DNA of 64,000 nucleotides from an uncultured Acidimicrobiales bacterium (GTDB lineage: Bacteria; Actinomycetota; Acidimicrobiia; Acidimicrobiales; UBA10347), in contig CALSSD010000004.1 of the NCBI GenBank assembly GCA_943788915.1, positions 62,001 to 126,000 on the forward strand, in the 5' to 3' direction. This document shows, piece after piece, positions 39,139 to 49,450 of the stretch; position 1 is the stretch's first letter, and each line of letters starts with the position of its first letter. The position numbers and the translations under genes were made by a program. The notes below the pieces were generated by a model. The model ran no database searches. It saw nothing but the letters and a program-made list of their open reading frames with translations, and had not been told where the DNA came from.

Positions 39139-40982
39139 ATGAGACAGACGATGAGTTCGCGGCGACGATTGTGGGCACTCTTTCTTGCCATGGCGATGTT
39201 GGTTGGACTCACTACCGCTGCTTCGGCGAGTCCTCCGGAAGGCGCTCACGAGTCATACATCGTGGTGCTCCAGCCAGGTACCCAGCGTGTGCCCAAGGTG
39301 GCGGCAGCGATGTCGCAGGCGCACAGTGGGCAGGTTGGTTTCGTGTACGAACATGCGCTGCAAGGTTTCTCGATGACGATGTCGCCCCAAGCGGCAGCTG
39401 CTCTGGCCCGTAATCCGCGGGTTGCGTACATCGAGACCAATGACACCGTGACCATCGCCCAGTCGACGACCGGCCAGTCGACACCAACCGGGATCACGCG
39501 AATCTTGACCGACACGACCGCTGTCGATATCGACTCAAACGATGACTACCGCGTCGATGTCGATGTGGCAGTTATCGACACCGGTGTCGATTTCGAACAC
39601 CCCGATCTCAATGTCGCTGGCGGCGTTACCTGTAGCCAGCCCAACAAGGGTCCACGGCGGTTGCGAACCGCGTCGTGCTCCCCCGGCGGCGACGACGATC
39701 ACTATCACGGCACACACGTGGCCGGCACGATCGGTGCACTCGACAACAACTTTGGTGTGGTCGGGGTGGCCCCAGGGGCCCGCATCTGGGCGGTAAAGGT
39801 GCTCGATTCGAACGGGAGTGGCTCTGAGGCCATGGTGGTCGCTGGCATCGATTGGGTCACAGGGATGGCCGGCACGATCGAAGTGGCGAACATGAGTCTC
39901 GGCGGAAGTGGTGACAGCCGAGCTGAGTACGACGCCATCCAGGGTGCTGTTAACGCCGGGGTTGCATTCGCGGTTGCGGCCGGAAATAACGGCGCCGACG
40001 CCGATGGCTACAGCCCGGCCCGGTTCGACAATGTGTTGACCGTTTCGGCTCTCGCCGACTTCGATGGTCAGGCTGGCGGCTCCGCCGATCCAGCAGGCAC
40101 ATCAGGCACGTACTGCCGAGTTGATCAGGACGACACACTTGCCGACTTCTCCAACTGGGGCTCAGCGGTTGACCTTGCGGCACCGGGCGTGTGTATCGAG
40201 TCGACGTACCCGATCGAACGGGGCAGTTATGGCACGATCTCGGGAACATCGATGGCATCACCACACGCTGCCGGTGCGCTCGCTCTGCTCGCAAGTAATA
40301 CCCTGCCGGCTCGCGACGCTGCCGCCGTCGACGCTCTCTATGCCACGGTGATCGGTGCTGGTAACGACGGCTGGACCGACGAGTCTGGCGACGGCACCAC
40401 GGAGCCGCTGCTCGATGTGAGCAATGTGGACATCTTCGCCCCAACGCTGATTCCCACCGTTTCAACCGACGCCGCACCTACGGTCACCATCAGCAGTCCG
40501 TTCGATGGTCAGCAGTTCGAGTCCGCCGTCTCGATCTCGTTTGCAGCATCGGCGACCGACCCCGAACAGGGCAACCTCAGTGGAAGTATCGTCTGGAGCT
40601 CATCCAGCTTTGATACAAGGACCGCAAGCTCATTCAGCATGGTTCTGCCTGCTGGTTCACACACCATCACCGCCACAGTCACCGACTCAGCCGGTAACAC
40701 CGACTCTGACTCGGTCACCATCACCGTGCAACCGTTGAGTACCGGTGGTCTTGTACTCACGGTGAACGAGTACAAGGTCAGAGGGATCCAGTGGGCGGAA
40801 CTGACCTGGACGGGTGCAACAGGTAGCACTGATTCTGACTCGCGATGGACGTACGGTTAATGCGATTCAATCACCGGAGGCCCGGGAGTTTTGACGACAC
40901 GACCGGACTCAAGGGCGGCGGCACTGCCACCTACAAGTTGTGCGACACTGTGAAATGCGAAGAAGTCACCGCCACCTGGTGA
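39139..40982 (+). CDS. Secreted subtilisin-like S8 protease with I9 prodomain and C-terminal Ig/PKD-like domains; C-terminus frameshifted near 40830-40880
   Basis: Signal peptide, YIVVL/GFS prodomain, catalytic triad VIDTG, HGTHVAG, GTSMASPH; the tail KGGGTATYKLC...TW-stop at 40982 is in another frame. Confidence 0.9.
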
Positions 40983-41240
40983 CCGTCTGAGCCGCAGTGC
41001 TGAGTCGACACGTGTGAAGTGTCGTTCACCGGACTCCCATGTCACAACGGCATATAAGCCCCCAAAGTCCCGGTTGTTGTTATGCGCGACGTTCACGACG
41101 TGCAACGATTGAGATGTCTCGGCCAGTTGACGAGGTCCGAGTGAAGCCGGGGGGCGAAGACATGGCAGATGAAGCGGCAACGGCAGTGGGATCGCGCGTC
41201 ATCGATCTGACCGTCCGACGTACCCACAGGCGGTGATCGG

Positions 41241-42206
41241 GTGGATCTCTTCTTGCAACGGTGCTTCGACGGGTTGTTCAACGGTGCGATCTACGCATCG
41301 CTTGCACTTGCACTCGTCATGTTGTTTCGGGCCACCGGGCTGTTGAACTTCGCCCTCGGCGAAATCGGTATGGTCGGTGGGTACACCTCACTCGTCATGT
41401 TGACCCCGGCCGCGGCGGCCGCGGGTGGTGGCGGTTTCGTTTTTCCCGTGGCCGGGACCTCGCTTGTCTCGTGGCTACCGGGTCACCCGTACCCGGTGGT
41501 GGTCGCCATCGGCTTCGGTGTAATAGCCAGCGCGTTACTTGGTGTGCTGCTTCAACGGCTTGTGTTGTATCGACTACGCAATCGATCCGACTTCGTAAAA
41601 GTCAACGCAACTATTGCCCTGCTCCTCGCGCTTGCCGGTCTGGTGACCGAGGTATGGGGAGGCCTGTCACAGCGGTATCCGTCGGTGTTTCCCGATGATC
41701 CAGGCGACTATATAGACGTGTTCGGTGGCCGGCTTCGGTACACCACACTCGGCGCATGGGCAGTGCAATTAGCGTTGCTGTTGCTTCTCGGGGCACTCAT
41801 CAACCGAACAAAAACCGGCCTGGCGTTCCGAGCAATTACCAGCAACGCCGAAGCCGCGTCGCTTATGGGTATCCCGGTGCAACGAACGCTGGCGATCGGG
41901 TGGGCGGTCTCGTGTGGCATCGGTGCACTTGCGGTTTCCATTGTTGCTGCGTCGACGATTCTGCGACCGGGGATGATGGTGACCGTGCTCATTCTGGCGT
42001 TCGCGGCAGCAACGATCGGCGGCCTGGACAGCCCCAAGGGTGCGGTGATGGGAGGTGTGATCGTCGGTCTCACCCAGTCGCTCGTACCGGGCTACACGCC
42101 GTTCCCCAGTGAACTCGCGGTCGTGCCGCCATTTCTTGCCATGACAATCCTGTTGATGTTCCGGCCAACCGGACTGTTTGGCACCGCACGAGTGGTCCGG
42201 GTATGA
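41241..42206 (+). CDS. livH: Branched-chain amino acid ABC permease, LivH-like
   Basis: GAIYASLAL, LNFALGE, TKTGLAFRA, AASLMGI, AFAAATIGG, RPTGLFG. Confidence 0.88.
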   Translation: MDLFLQRCFDGLFNGAIYASLALALVMLFRATGLLNFALGEIGMVGGYTSLVMLTPAAAAAGGGGFVFPVAGTSLVSWLPGHPYPVVVAIGFGVIASALLGVLLQRLVLYRLRNRSDFVKVNATIALLLALAGLVTEVWGGLSQRYPSVFPDDPGDYIDVFGGRLRYTTLGAWAVQLALLLLLGALINRTKTGLAFRAITSNAEAASLMGIPVQRTLAIGWAVSCGIGALAVSIVAASTILRPGMMVTVLILAFAAATIGGLDSPKGAVMGGVIVGLTQSLVPGYTPFPSELAVVPPFLAMTILLMFRPTGLFGTARVVRV

Positions 42207-43153
42207 ACCGCTACACCGGCGCCGCTGCGCTGACCGCCGCGGTGGTGCTGCCGATGATCGTGGATCGAGGCCTACTCGAGGACTTCTCCCGGGTATTCGT
42301 GCTCATACTGGCCGTGCTCGGCGTGCACCTCCTGACCGGTACCACTGGCCTCATCTCGCTTGGCCATGGCATCTTCGTTGGTATCGGCGCTTTTTCGATG
42401 GCCAATCTGCTTGACCAGAACCTCCCGGTTGTTGTGGCTCTGGTTATCGCCACCGCAATGGCTGGCATGGCTGGCGTGATCGTCGCGCTGCCTTCACTGC
42501 GGGTACGTGGGCCCTATCTCGCTCTAATCACGTTGGGTTTGGCAGTCATGTTCCCGCCAATCGGTCGACGGCTTGGCCGGTTCACCGGTTCCGCACTTGG
42601 CCGCACGGTGGATGTTGGCGGGTTCGACCCGCCCGACTTCCTGCGACTCGACGACCACCCCCATATCTGGAACTACGTGGTCTGCCTGATCGTGGTCGCG
42701 GGGTGGTTCCTGCTCACCAGGAATCTACTGAACAGTCGCATCGGCAGGGCGATCCGGGCAACCAAGGATCACGAACATGCCGCAGCTGCGTTTGGCATCA
42801 ATGTCGCACTGGCAAAGACCGGCACCTTCGCCATTTCTGCAGCCATGGCGGGCACCGCGGGGGCGCTCCAAGCCATCATCGATCCGTATCTGAACACGAA
42901 TGATTACGACTGGACGTTCTCACTCAAGCTGTACACGTCCGCAGTGATCGGTGGGCTCGGATCCTTGTTGGGTGCGGTCGTGGGCGCGGTGATCTATGTA
43001 GGACTGCCGTGGCTTAACGAGTTTCTGGGCTTACTCGATAGCCCGTCGCTGGCGTTTGGCCTTGGGCTCCTGATCGTGATCATGGTGGCGCCCAATGGCG
43101 TCGTTGGTCTCTTGCCCCGTTTCAGCAAGAAACCGAATTCGGAAACCAGCTAG
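42203..43153 (+). CDS. livM: Branched-chain amino acid ABC permease, LivM-like
   Basis: TGLISLGHG, LRVRGPYLALITL, SRIGRAIRA, IGGLGS, PNGVVG; ATGA overlap with livH. Confidence 0.88.
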   Translation: MNRYTGAAALTAAVVLPMIVDRGLLEDFSRVFVLILAVLGVHLLTGTTGLISLGHGIFVGIGAFSMANLLDQNLPVVVALVIATAMAGMAGVIVALPSLRVRGPYLALITLGLAVMFPPIGRRLGRFTGSALGRTVDVGGFDPPDFLRLDDHPHIWNYVVCLIVVAGWFLLTRNLLNSRIGRAIRATKDHEHAAAAFGINVALAKTGTFAISAAMAGTAGALQAIIDPYLNTNDYDWTFSLKLYTSAVIGGLGSLLGAVVGAVIYVGLPWLNEFLGLLDSPSLAFGLGLLIVIMVAPNGVVGLLPRFSKKPNSETS

Positions 43154-43214
43154 TACGGATATATCTGTCAGAGCGGGATGGGTGCCGGTGCCGATAACCC
43201 ACCCCCTCTGGTAG

Positions 43215-43634
43215 CTACAGCAGGTCGCCCAGTTGCTGGATCAAGTCGGTGCTGGTCACGATGCCAACAAGGTCGCCACCGTCGTCGACGACAAGCACGG
43301 AATGTACGGCACCGTTCGACATGTGATCGACAGCGATGCGGAGTGGTTCGTCTTGTTTCACCGTGATCAGCTCGGTAGACATGGCGTCTTCAAGCGTGAA
43401 CTGGTGGTCAAGGAACGTGCGGAGCATACGGTCATCGCTGCCCTCAATGTCGTAGACCAACTTCAAGATGTCGGTAGCCGAGATCAACCCGACCGGCGTG
43501 GCGCCATTCACCACTGGCACATGATGGAATGATTGCGATTGCAGCATTCCGTACACATCAGAGATTGCTTGACCGATGTGAACCGTCACCGGGTCGGTGG
43601 TCATGACATCTGCGAGTTTTGGTTTGTTCTTCAC
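43215..43634 (-). CDS. CBS-pair domain protein
   Basis: DVMTTDPVTV, HHVPVV, GLISATD, LVGIVTSTDL. Confidence 0.9.
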   Translation of the reverse strand: MKNKPKLADVMTTDPVTVHIGQAISDVYGMLQSQSFHHVPVVNGATPVGLISATDILKLVYDIEGSDDRMLRTFLDHQFTLEDAMSTELITVKQDEPLRIAVDHMSNGAVHSVLVVDDGGDLVGIVTSTDLIQQLGDLL

Positions 43635-43750
43635 CCCTTCACCATGGCGTGTTCCACACCATTCGCGCAGGGCACAAGGTCACAAAAACGGGGTGAATGA
43701 CCTGCCATCTTCCTGTGGGGAAGATGTCGACCATTTGGGTGAGGTCCGGG

Positions 43751-44728
43751 TCAGCGATCCTGTCCCGTGCGAAACCACGCAGCGAGCCGGCCGAAGCCGT
43801 CGTCGATGGACACGGTTGGTGTCCAACCCAGCAGAGTGTGTGTTTCGCGTTGGTCGTACCAGTGGGCGGTGCTCAACTGTTCGGCCAGGAAACGAGTCAT
43901 TGGCGGGTCCCTGGTGAGACGAGCTGCAGCCCACGCAGCGTCGACCATGCTTCCGCCAGCCTTGGCCACCCATGTCGGAACACCTCGGAGAGGAAGTTCG
44001 AAACCAGCGGCGTGGCACAACCCTCGCAGGAGTTCAGCAACTGGTCGAGGTTCGCCGTTGGAGATGACCAGGGCTCGACCGTCGATGATCTCGGCCTGTT
44101 CGAGTGATGCGGCGATGGCATCGGCGGCATTGTCGACATAGGTCGAGTCGACCAGAGCAGCGCCGGAACCGATCAGGCGTAGTGAGCCGGACGCAGCTCG
44201 ACCAATGATCCGAGCTACGAGCTGTTCATCACCCGGGCCCCACACCAGATGGGGTCGTAGCGAAGCGACGAGCATGTCGCTGCCGGATTGCGTGAGTACG
44301 AGTTGTTCGGCTTCGGCCTTGCTCCGGGCGTAGTGCGTTTTGGTGGTGCTGGGGTCAGCAGGCAACGCACTCGTACCGACGTGGGCGGCACCGGAACTGG
44401 CGACAGCGGGAGACGACACATAGATGAATCGGGTGACACCAGCCTGGCGGCTGGCCTCGAGCAGGTTGCGGGTGCCTTCTACGTTGACATCCCAAAAGTC
44501 AGACCATCGGCCGGTAGGCGAGACCTTCGCAGCCAGATGGACGATCGCATCTTGACCTTTGACTGCAGCTTGTATCCCCTGGTGGTCAGTGATGTCGCCC
44601 AGGATCTCGGCACACGTGAGCCCACTCGGCCGACGTTGCAAGACGGTCACGGTGTGGCCGTTGCGTTCGATCGTCTGTGCAACCGAGCGGCCAAGCATGC
44701 CGCTCGCGCCAGTCACCAAAACCCTCAT
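43751..44728 (-). CDS. oleD: 2-alkyl-3-oxoalkanoate reductase (3-beta-HSD-like extended SDR)
   Basis: VTGASGMLG, HLAAKV, YARSK, RPHLVWGPGD, PPMTRFLAEQLSTAHW; directly downstream of oleBC. Confidence 0.88.
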   Translation of the reverse strand: MRVLVTGASGMLGRSVAQTIERNGHTVTVLQRRPSGLTCAEILGDITDHQGIQAAVKGQDAIVHLAAKVSPTGRWSDFWDVNVEGTRNLLEASRQAGVTRFIYVSSPAVASSGAAHVGTSALPADPSTTKTHYARSKAEAEQLVLTQSGSDMLVASLRPHLVWGPGDEQLVARIIGRAASGSLRLIGSGAALVDSTYVDNAADAIAASLEQAEIIDGRALVISNGEPRPVAELLRGLCHAAGFELPLRGVPTWVAKAGGSMVDAAWAAARLTRDPPMTRFLAEQLSTAHWYDQRETHTLLGWTPTVSIDDGFGRLAAWFRTGQDR

Positions 44729-44812
44729 AGGCCCAGACGCTTCATAGACACTGGGATCTCATAGACACTGGGTCTCATAAACACTGGGTTCTCATAAACA
44801 CTGGGTTCTCAT
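44725..44812 (-). repeat. 17-bp tandem repeat at the oleC/oleD junction, each unit containing ATGA
   Basis: TCAT on the + strand at 44725, 44742, 44759, 44775, 44792 and 44809 (spacing 17,17,16,17,17); unit tcataRacactggg(t/a)tc. Confidence 0.92.
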
Positions 44813-47390
44813 AAACGCGGTGGCCGGGCGCCGCGTAACACCGCGTCGGCCCATTGCTGGACCTTGGTGCGGTCGATCTTGGAGTTGTGGCGGCGGTCGA
44901 CGGGCATCCTCGGCGCTACCAGCACGGCGGCAACGTCGGCGTTCACCGCGGCTCGTATCGCCTTGGTGATGGTCGGGTCGGCCACCATTGCGGAGCTGCC
45001 GGACTTCATAGATGCACCGGTGATCACCACTGCGAGTTGCTGGGTGCCTATCGGTCCAATGCCAACAGCTGCTGCATGGTCGACGCCGGGAACCGTCTCG
45101 GCCTGGAGCTCGGTCTGTACTGGGGCCACGGTGCCACTCGAACTGTGAATGAGATGGTCGACCCTGCCTTCGATCCACAATCGGCCGTGTGTATCGAGAT
45201 GTCCAACGTCACCGGTTCGGTGCCAGCCGCCAACGAATGCATGATGCTGCTGGAACCAGAGGTGGTCATACCCGGTGCTCGCATGAGCGGCTCGGACCCA
45301 GACCTCACCCAGCTGGTCGGCATCAACCGGTGCCGGCATGGTGCCGTTTGGAGCGCTGACGGGACAGATGACAACGTCGACGCCTGGCAGCGGTTGGCCA
45401 ACGCAAACACCAGTGGAACCGGGGTTGGTAGCGTCAGCTCCAATTTCGCCCGCCCCAATTTCCCGCGCCCCAATTTCGCGGGCAGAGGCCATGGTGACCG
45501 GCATAACTTCGGTCATGCCATAGGGCGTAAAGATATGGGCCGCGGGAAACACCGGCTGCGCTGCAACGAGGAGTTGTGGCGACACCGGAGCTCCGGCAGT
45601 CGCAACCGAGCGGATCTGCTGGAGCGCACTGCGGCCAACGGTGTCGAGATCAGGCGCGGTCGCGGCGATAGTGGCGACCACTGCTGGCGAGGCAAACACG
45701 ATCGTGGCGTCGATGGCCCTTGCTGCATCGGCCAGCGTTTGCGCCACGAGTTTGCTGGGTTTGGTGACATTCATCGTGGGTACGACCGATGGAATGCCCA
45801 GTGCAGGAGCGAGCACTGCGAACGGAGCGAACGCCACCACCAGCTTGTCGTCTCGCGTGAGCTCGAAAGCATCTCGGACCGCGTCGCGTTGGGCTTCGAG
45901 CTGGGCATGCGTGTAGACGACGCCCTTGGAAGGGCCCGTTGATCCGGAAGTGAAAACAATCGCTGCCGTGTCCGTAAGCGATGGCTCAGGTGGCAGTGGC
46001 GCATGCTGGTCACCTTGCATCAGATCGTTGACTGACCATCGCGTCGCGGGCAAACGCAGTGCCTTGACGAGCAGCAGCCCACGCCGATCGCCAACGACAT
46101 AGTCAGGACGCGACGAACGAAGCGCTCGCCGCAGGCCGCCGAGTCCGAGTGCAGCATCGGGCGCAACCACGATGATTCCGGCTCGTAGGCAGGCATACAC
46201 AAGAACGGTGAGATCGATGCCCGGCGTAACCAAGGTTGCGAGCCGGTCGCCGTTGTTGATGCCAGCTGCAGCCAACCCACGGACCATGGCATGCACCCGG
46301 GAGTCGAGTTCGTCGAAGCTGACTCTGCGGGCGACGGTACCCGAGTCCTTCGCTGACATTTCGAGGATCGCGTCGGCGTCGTCGCCCCGTCGAGACTCGA
46401 TCGCCGACCAGATGCGGGAACGCTGCGGAGCAGGTGCTGGGGGGGCTGCAGCCTCATCGTGATGCTGGGTCAGCCAGGTATCGATGACGTCCACCGCGTC
46501 GGTGTCTTCCATGATCTGGTGGCCAGCATCGGGATACCGATGTACGTCTGCTTGTGGAAGCCGCGCCATGAGATCGTGCAAGAACATGTCAGAGAAGACG
46601 ATGTCCTTCGATCCCCACAACAGAAGCGCAGGAAGATGTTGCAGCTCCGTAAGCCCATCAGCAATCGATGCCAACGTGTCGAAGGACGGATGGGTGTCTT
46701 CGATCGGTATGTCTTCGACGAAGTCTCGGATACCCGTGCGTCGTGCCGCAGAGTCATAGGGCGACGCATAGCCGCGATATACGTCGCGGGACATCTGCGG
46801 CCGGGCCATGCGCAGCGCACCGTGCAGAAACGTGGGTGTCAGCTCACACGTTGCGCGAAGTGTTGCCCGGGCAATCGAGATCAGGGCGAGGCACCTTGGC
46901 GGCAGCAGGTCGGGCCACGCCCGTGTTCATCAACACGACGCCAGCCAGCTGGTCGACGTGCTGTTGGGCCCAGCCCATGGAGATGGGTCCGCCCCAGTCG
47001 TGGGCCACGGTGATGACCGGTCCCTTGACCTGCAGGGCGTGCGTGACCGAGCCAAGATCTGCAACATGGTCGGCAAGGCGTCGGGGCTGGCCGGTCCGTT
47101 CGGAGAACCCCATATTCAGCGCGTCGACGGCAATCACTCGCCACCCGGTCAGACGTTTCGCCAGGCCCCGCCACATGTAGGACCAATTCGGGTTTCCGTG
47201 GACACAGAGCACCGTCCCCCGCACGGGACTATCGCTGTTATCTGGACCCGTTAGTGAGACCAGTATCAAGCACATGCCAGGTCCGTTCGACCCCGTTTAC
47301 GTCGATGGTGGTGACCAAACTCGACCATCTAGGGTCCAGGCCGGGCAAGTGAGGAGGTGGCAGGTGTGCTGCTGTGCTTCGGGGGTTCAT
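44809..47390 (-). CDS. oleBC: OleBC fusion: beta-lactone decarboxylase (HLD-III-like) plus beta-lactone synthetase; frameshifts near 47240 and 46870
   Basis: LPGLDPRWS, WHVLD, CVHGNPNWSY, HDWGG, GIRDFVEDIP and YPDAGH, followed in frame by FTSGSTGPSKG, TPYGMTE, WHRTGD and PVDRRHNSKIDR. Confidence 0.88.
45437..45482 (-). repeat. 15-bp in-frame triplication within oleC
   Basis: Encodes REIGA-REIGA-GEIGA. Confidence 0.7.
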
Positions 47391-47460
47391 TCGGAACGCC
47401 GTATAGTACCCGTCTGGCCGCGTACCCTGCCGAGTACCGGAAGCCGAAGGTGAGTACGAC

Positions 47461-48492
47461 GTGGCAGCCCCAATATCGAGATTCACCAATGTCGCCATCT
47501 CTGGACTGGCGCACGTTGACGCTGACGTCGTAGTTTCGTCGTCTGAGCTTGAGAACGAGATCACCACAACCATGGAGCGGCTCAACATGCCGCCCGGGTT
47601 GCTTGAAGGCCTAACCGGCATCAAGAATCGCCGTTTTTGGACCGCTGGCATGGCGCCAAGCGACGCGGCTGCGCTTGCGGCACAAAAAGTGCTGGACCAG
47701 ACCACGGTTGATCGCACAAAAGTCGGGGCGCTCATCAACACCTCGGTGAGCCGCGACTATCTCGAACCTTCGACTGCTGCCATCGTGCAGGGCAAGATTG
47801 GCCTGGGTCGCGACTGCATTAACTTCGATGTTGGTAGCGCCTGCTTGGGGTTTCTCCAGGGAGCATCGATTGCTGCATCGATGATCGAACGGGGTGAAAT
47901 CGAACACGCGCTGATCGTGGCTGGCGAAGATGGCCGGCCGATTGTCGAAAAGACACTGGAAAATCTGCAAGACCCCGAGACCGACGACGCATCGTTTCGT
48001 GAGCAGTTCGCGTGTTTGACCTTGGGATCAGCTGCGGTGGCGATGGTGCTGTCGTTGGCCGAACCCGACGATGGTCAGCCTCGTTTCCTGGGTGGGTTGA
48101 GCGTGTCTGCCACCCAGCACTACGCTCTGAGTGTCGGTGACTACGACGGCGGTCGCACTGACTCGCAGGCGCTACTCATGGGTGGTCTTAATCTTGCCGA
48201 AGATGGTTGGGCCGAAGCGAGCCTCACGTTTGGGTGGCATGTGGCCGATGTCCATACCTTTGCGATCCATCAGGTGAGCAAGGTCCACACCGACATGCTT
48301 GTCGACCTGCTCAAGTTTGATCCAGAACGCACGCCCAAGATCTATCCCGAATTCGGCAACACTGGACCAGCATCGGTTCCGACGGTGTTGTCCAAAGAGG
48401 TCGATGCAGGACGCGTTGGTTCCGGGGATCAGATTCTGCTTGTTGGTATGGGCAGCGGTATCAACGCCGCAGCATTCGAAGTCCGCTGGTAA
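47461..48492 (+). CDS. oleA: Acyl-CoA condensing enzyme OleA (FabH-like thiolase superfamily)
   Basis: SVSRDYLEPSTA (OleA Glu), FDVGSACLGF (Cys), LTLGS, HQVS, GNTGPAS, GSGIN. Confidence 0.92.
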   Translation: MAAPISRFTNVAISGLAHVDADVVVSSSELENEITTTMERLNMPPGLLEGLTGIKNRRFWTAGMAPSDAAALAAQKVLDQTTVDRTKVGALINTSVSRDYLEPSTAAIVQGKIGLGRDCINFDVGSACLGFLQGASIAASMIERGEIEHALIVAGEDGRPIVEKTLENLQDPETDDASFREQFACLTLGSAAVAMVLSLAEPDDGQPRFLGGLSVSATQHYALSVGDYDGGRTDSQALLMGGLNLAEDGWAEASLTFGWHVADVHTFAIHQVSKVHTDMLVDLLKFDPERTPKIYPEFGNTGPASVPTVLSKEVDAGRVGSGDQILLVGMGSGINAAAFEVRW

Positions 48493-48523
48493 ACCGGCTC
48501 GACGAAGCGAGTCCTCACTGGGG

Positions 48524-48739
48524 TTAGACCCGGCCGCCGCTCGCTCGAGCCTTCGCGAGTTCGCGTTTCATCAAGATTGCACATTCGCCACCGGCGAGCG
48601 TCGTAAGACCCACGGCTTCCCATCCCTGCATGCCATGTGCATTCAGATGAGCGACTGCTGCTGTTGCACCCGGCGTTGCCGTCGAGAGTTCAGAAGCAGC
48701 GATCGAGGTGACCCGATATTCCCAGTTGGTTGTGCTCAT
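48524..48739 (-). CDS. Small DUF4177-like protein
   Basis: WEYRV...LNAHGMQGWEAV...MKR. Confidence 0.7.
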   Translation of the reverse strand: MSTTNWEYRVTSIAASELSTATPGATAAVAHLNAHGMQGWEAVGLTTLAGGECAILMKRELAKARASGGRV

Positions 48740-48842
48740 GGGGTTCTCTTTCGTGCCGAACCCTATGCACCTGCGTGATCGCAGTTCGCTCGGGCCGAAC
48801 AGGCTGAGCGTACGGCGGAAAGTTCAGTAGTACGGTGCGGGC

Positions 48843-49450
48843 ATGTCGGAATGGGATTCGTACGCATCAGACTGGGACGACGACCCGGCGGCCACTGCGT
48901 ATGCCCAGGCAGCGTTCTCATCGGTCATTCCCGTGGTTGAGCAGGCGAACCTTGCACTCTCGAATACCCGGGTGTTGGACTTCGGATGTGGCACAGGGTT
49001 GCTCACGGAACTACTTGTCGATCGGGGTGTGCTTCAGTCATGGCAGTCGACACCTCCCAGGGGATGCTGGATGTGTTTCAGGCCAAGATGGTCGACCGAG
49101 GTTGGAGCGATGTGCGCTCGTCGACCGAACTCCCCACAACGCTGGCGTCCTTTGACCTGATTGTGTGTTCGTCGGTGTGTTCGTTCCTCGACGACTACCC
49201 GGCAACAGTCCAGGCGATGGCCGGATTGTTGGTGCCAGGCGGCTTCTTCGTGCAGTGGGATTGGGAACGCGACGATGACGGTGATGCCGAAGATCCTGAA
49301 GATGCCCATGGACTCTCTCGTGCCGAGATCACCGATGCGCTGCAATCAGCTGGGCTCGAACACGTGTCGGTCGATGTTGGGTTCGAAGCGGTCGTCGAAG
49401 ACCAGGTCATGCGCCCGCTGATGGGGCATGGCCGCCGATCAACTAACTAA
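48843..49450 (+). CDS. Class I SAM-dependent methyltransferase, frameshift near 49030
   Basis: WDSYASDWD, VLDFGCGTG; then AVDTSQGML, FDLIVCSSV, PGGFFVQWDW. Confidence 0.85.

Noticed and set aside
44725..44812. 17-bp array as a mini-CRISPR or plasmid iterons
   Set aside because: There are no spacers and no rep or cas gene; the array is anchored on a stop/start overlap inside an operon.
46800..47390. Second haloalkane dehalogenase
   Set aside because: The HGNP/HDWGG motifs belong to OleB, an HLD-like domain fused to OleC within the ole locus.
22120..49450. Programmed frameshifting or mass pseudogenisation of split genes (permease, zrgA/B, CoA transferase, acyl-CoA dehydrogenase, methyltransferases, oleBC, S8 tail)
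   Set aside because: Scattered single-base indels in otherwise well-conserved genes, with no common slippery motif seen, are best explained by long-read consensus error. This cannot be settled without reads.
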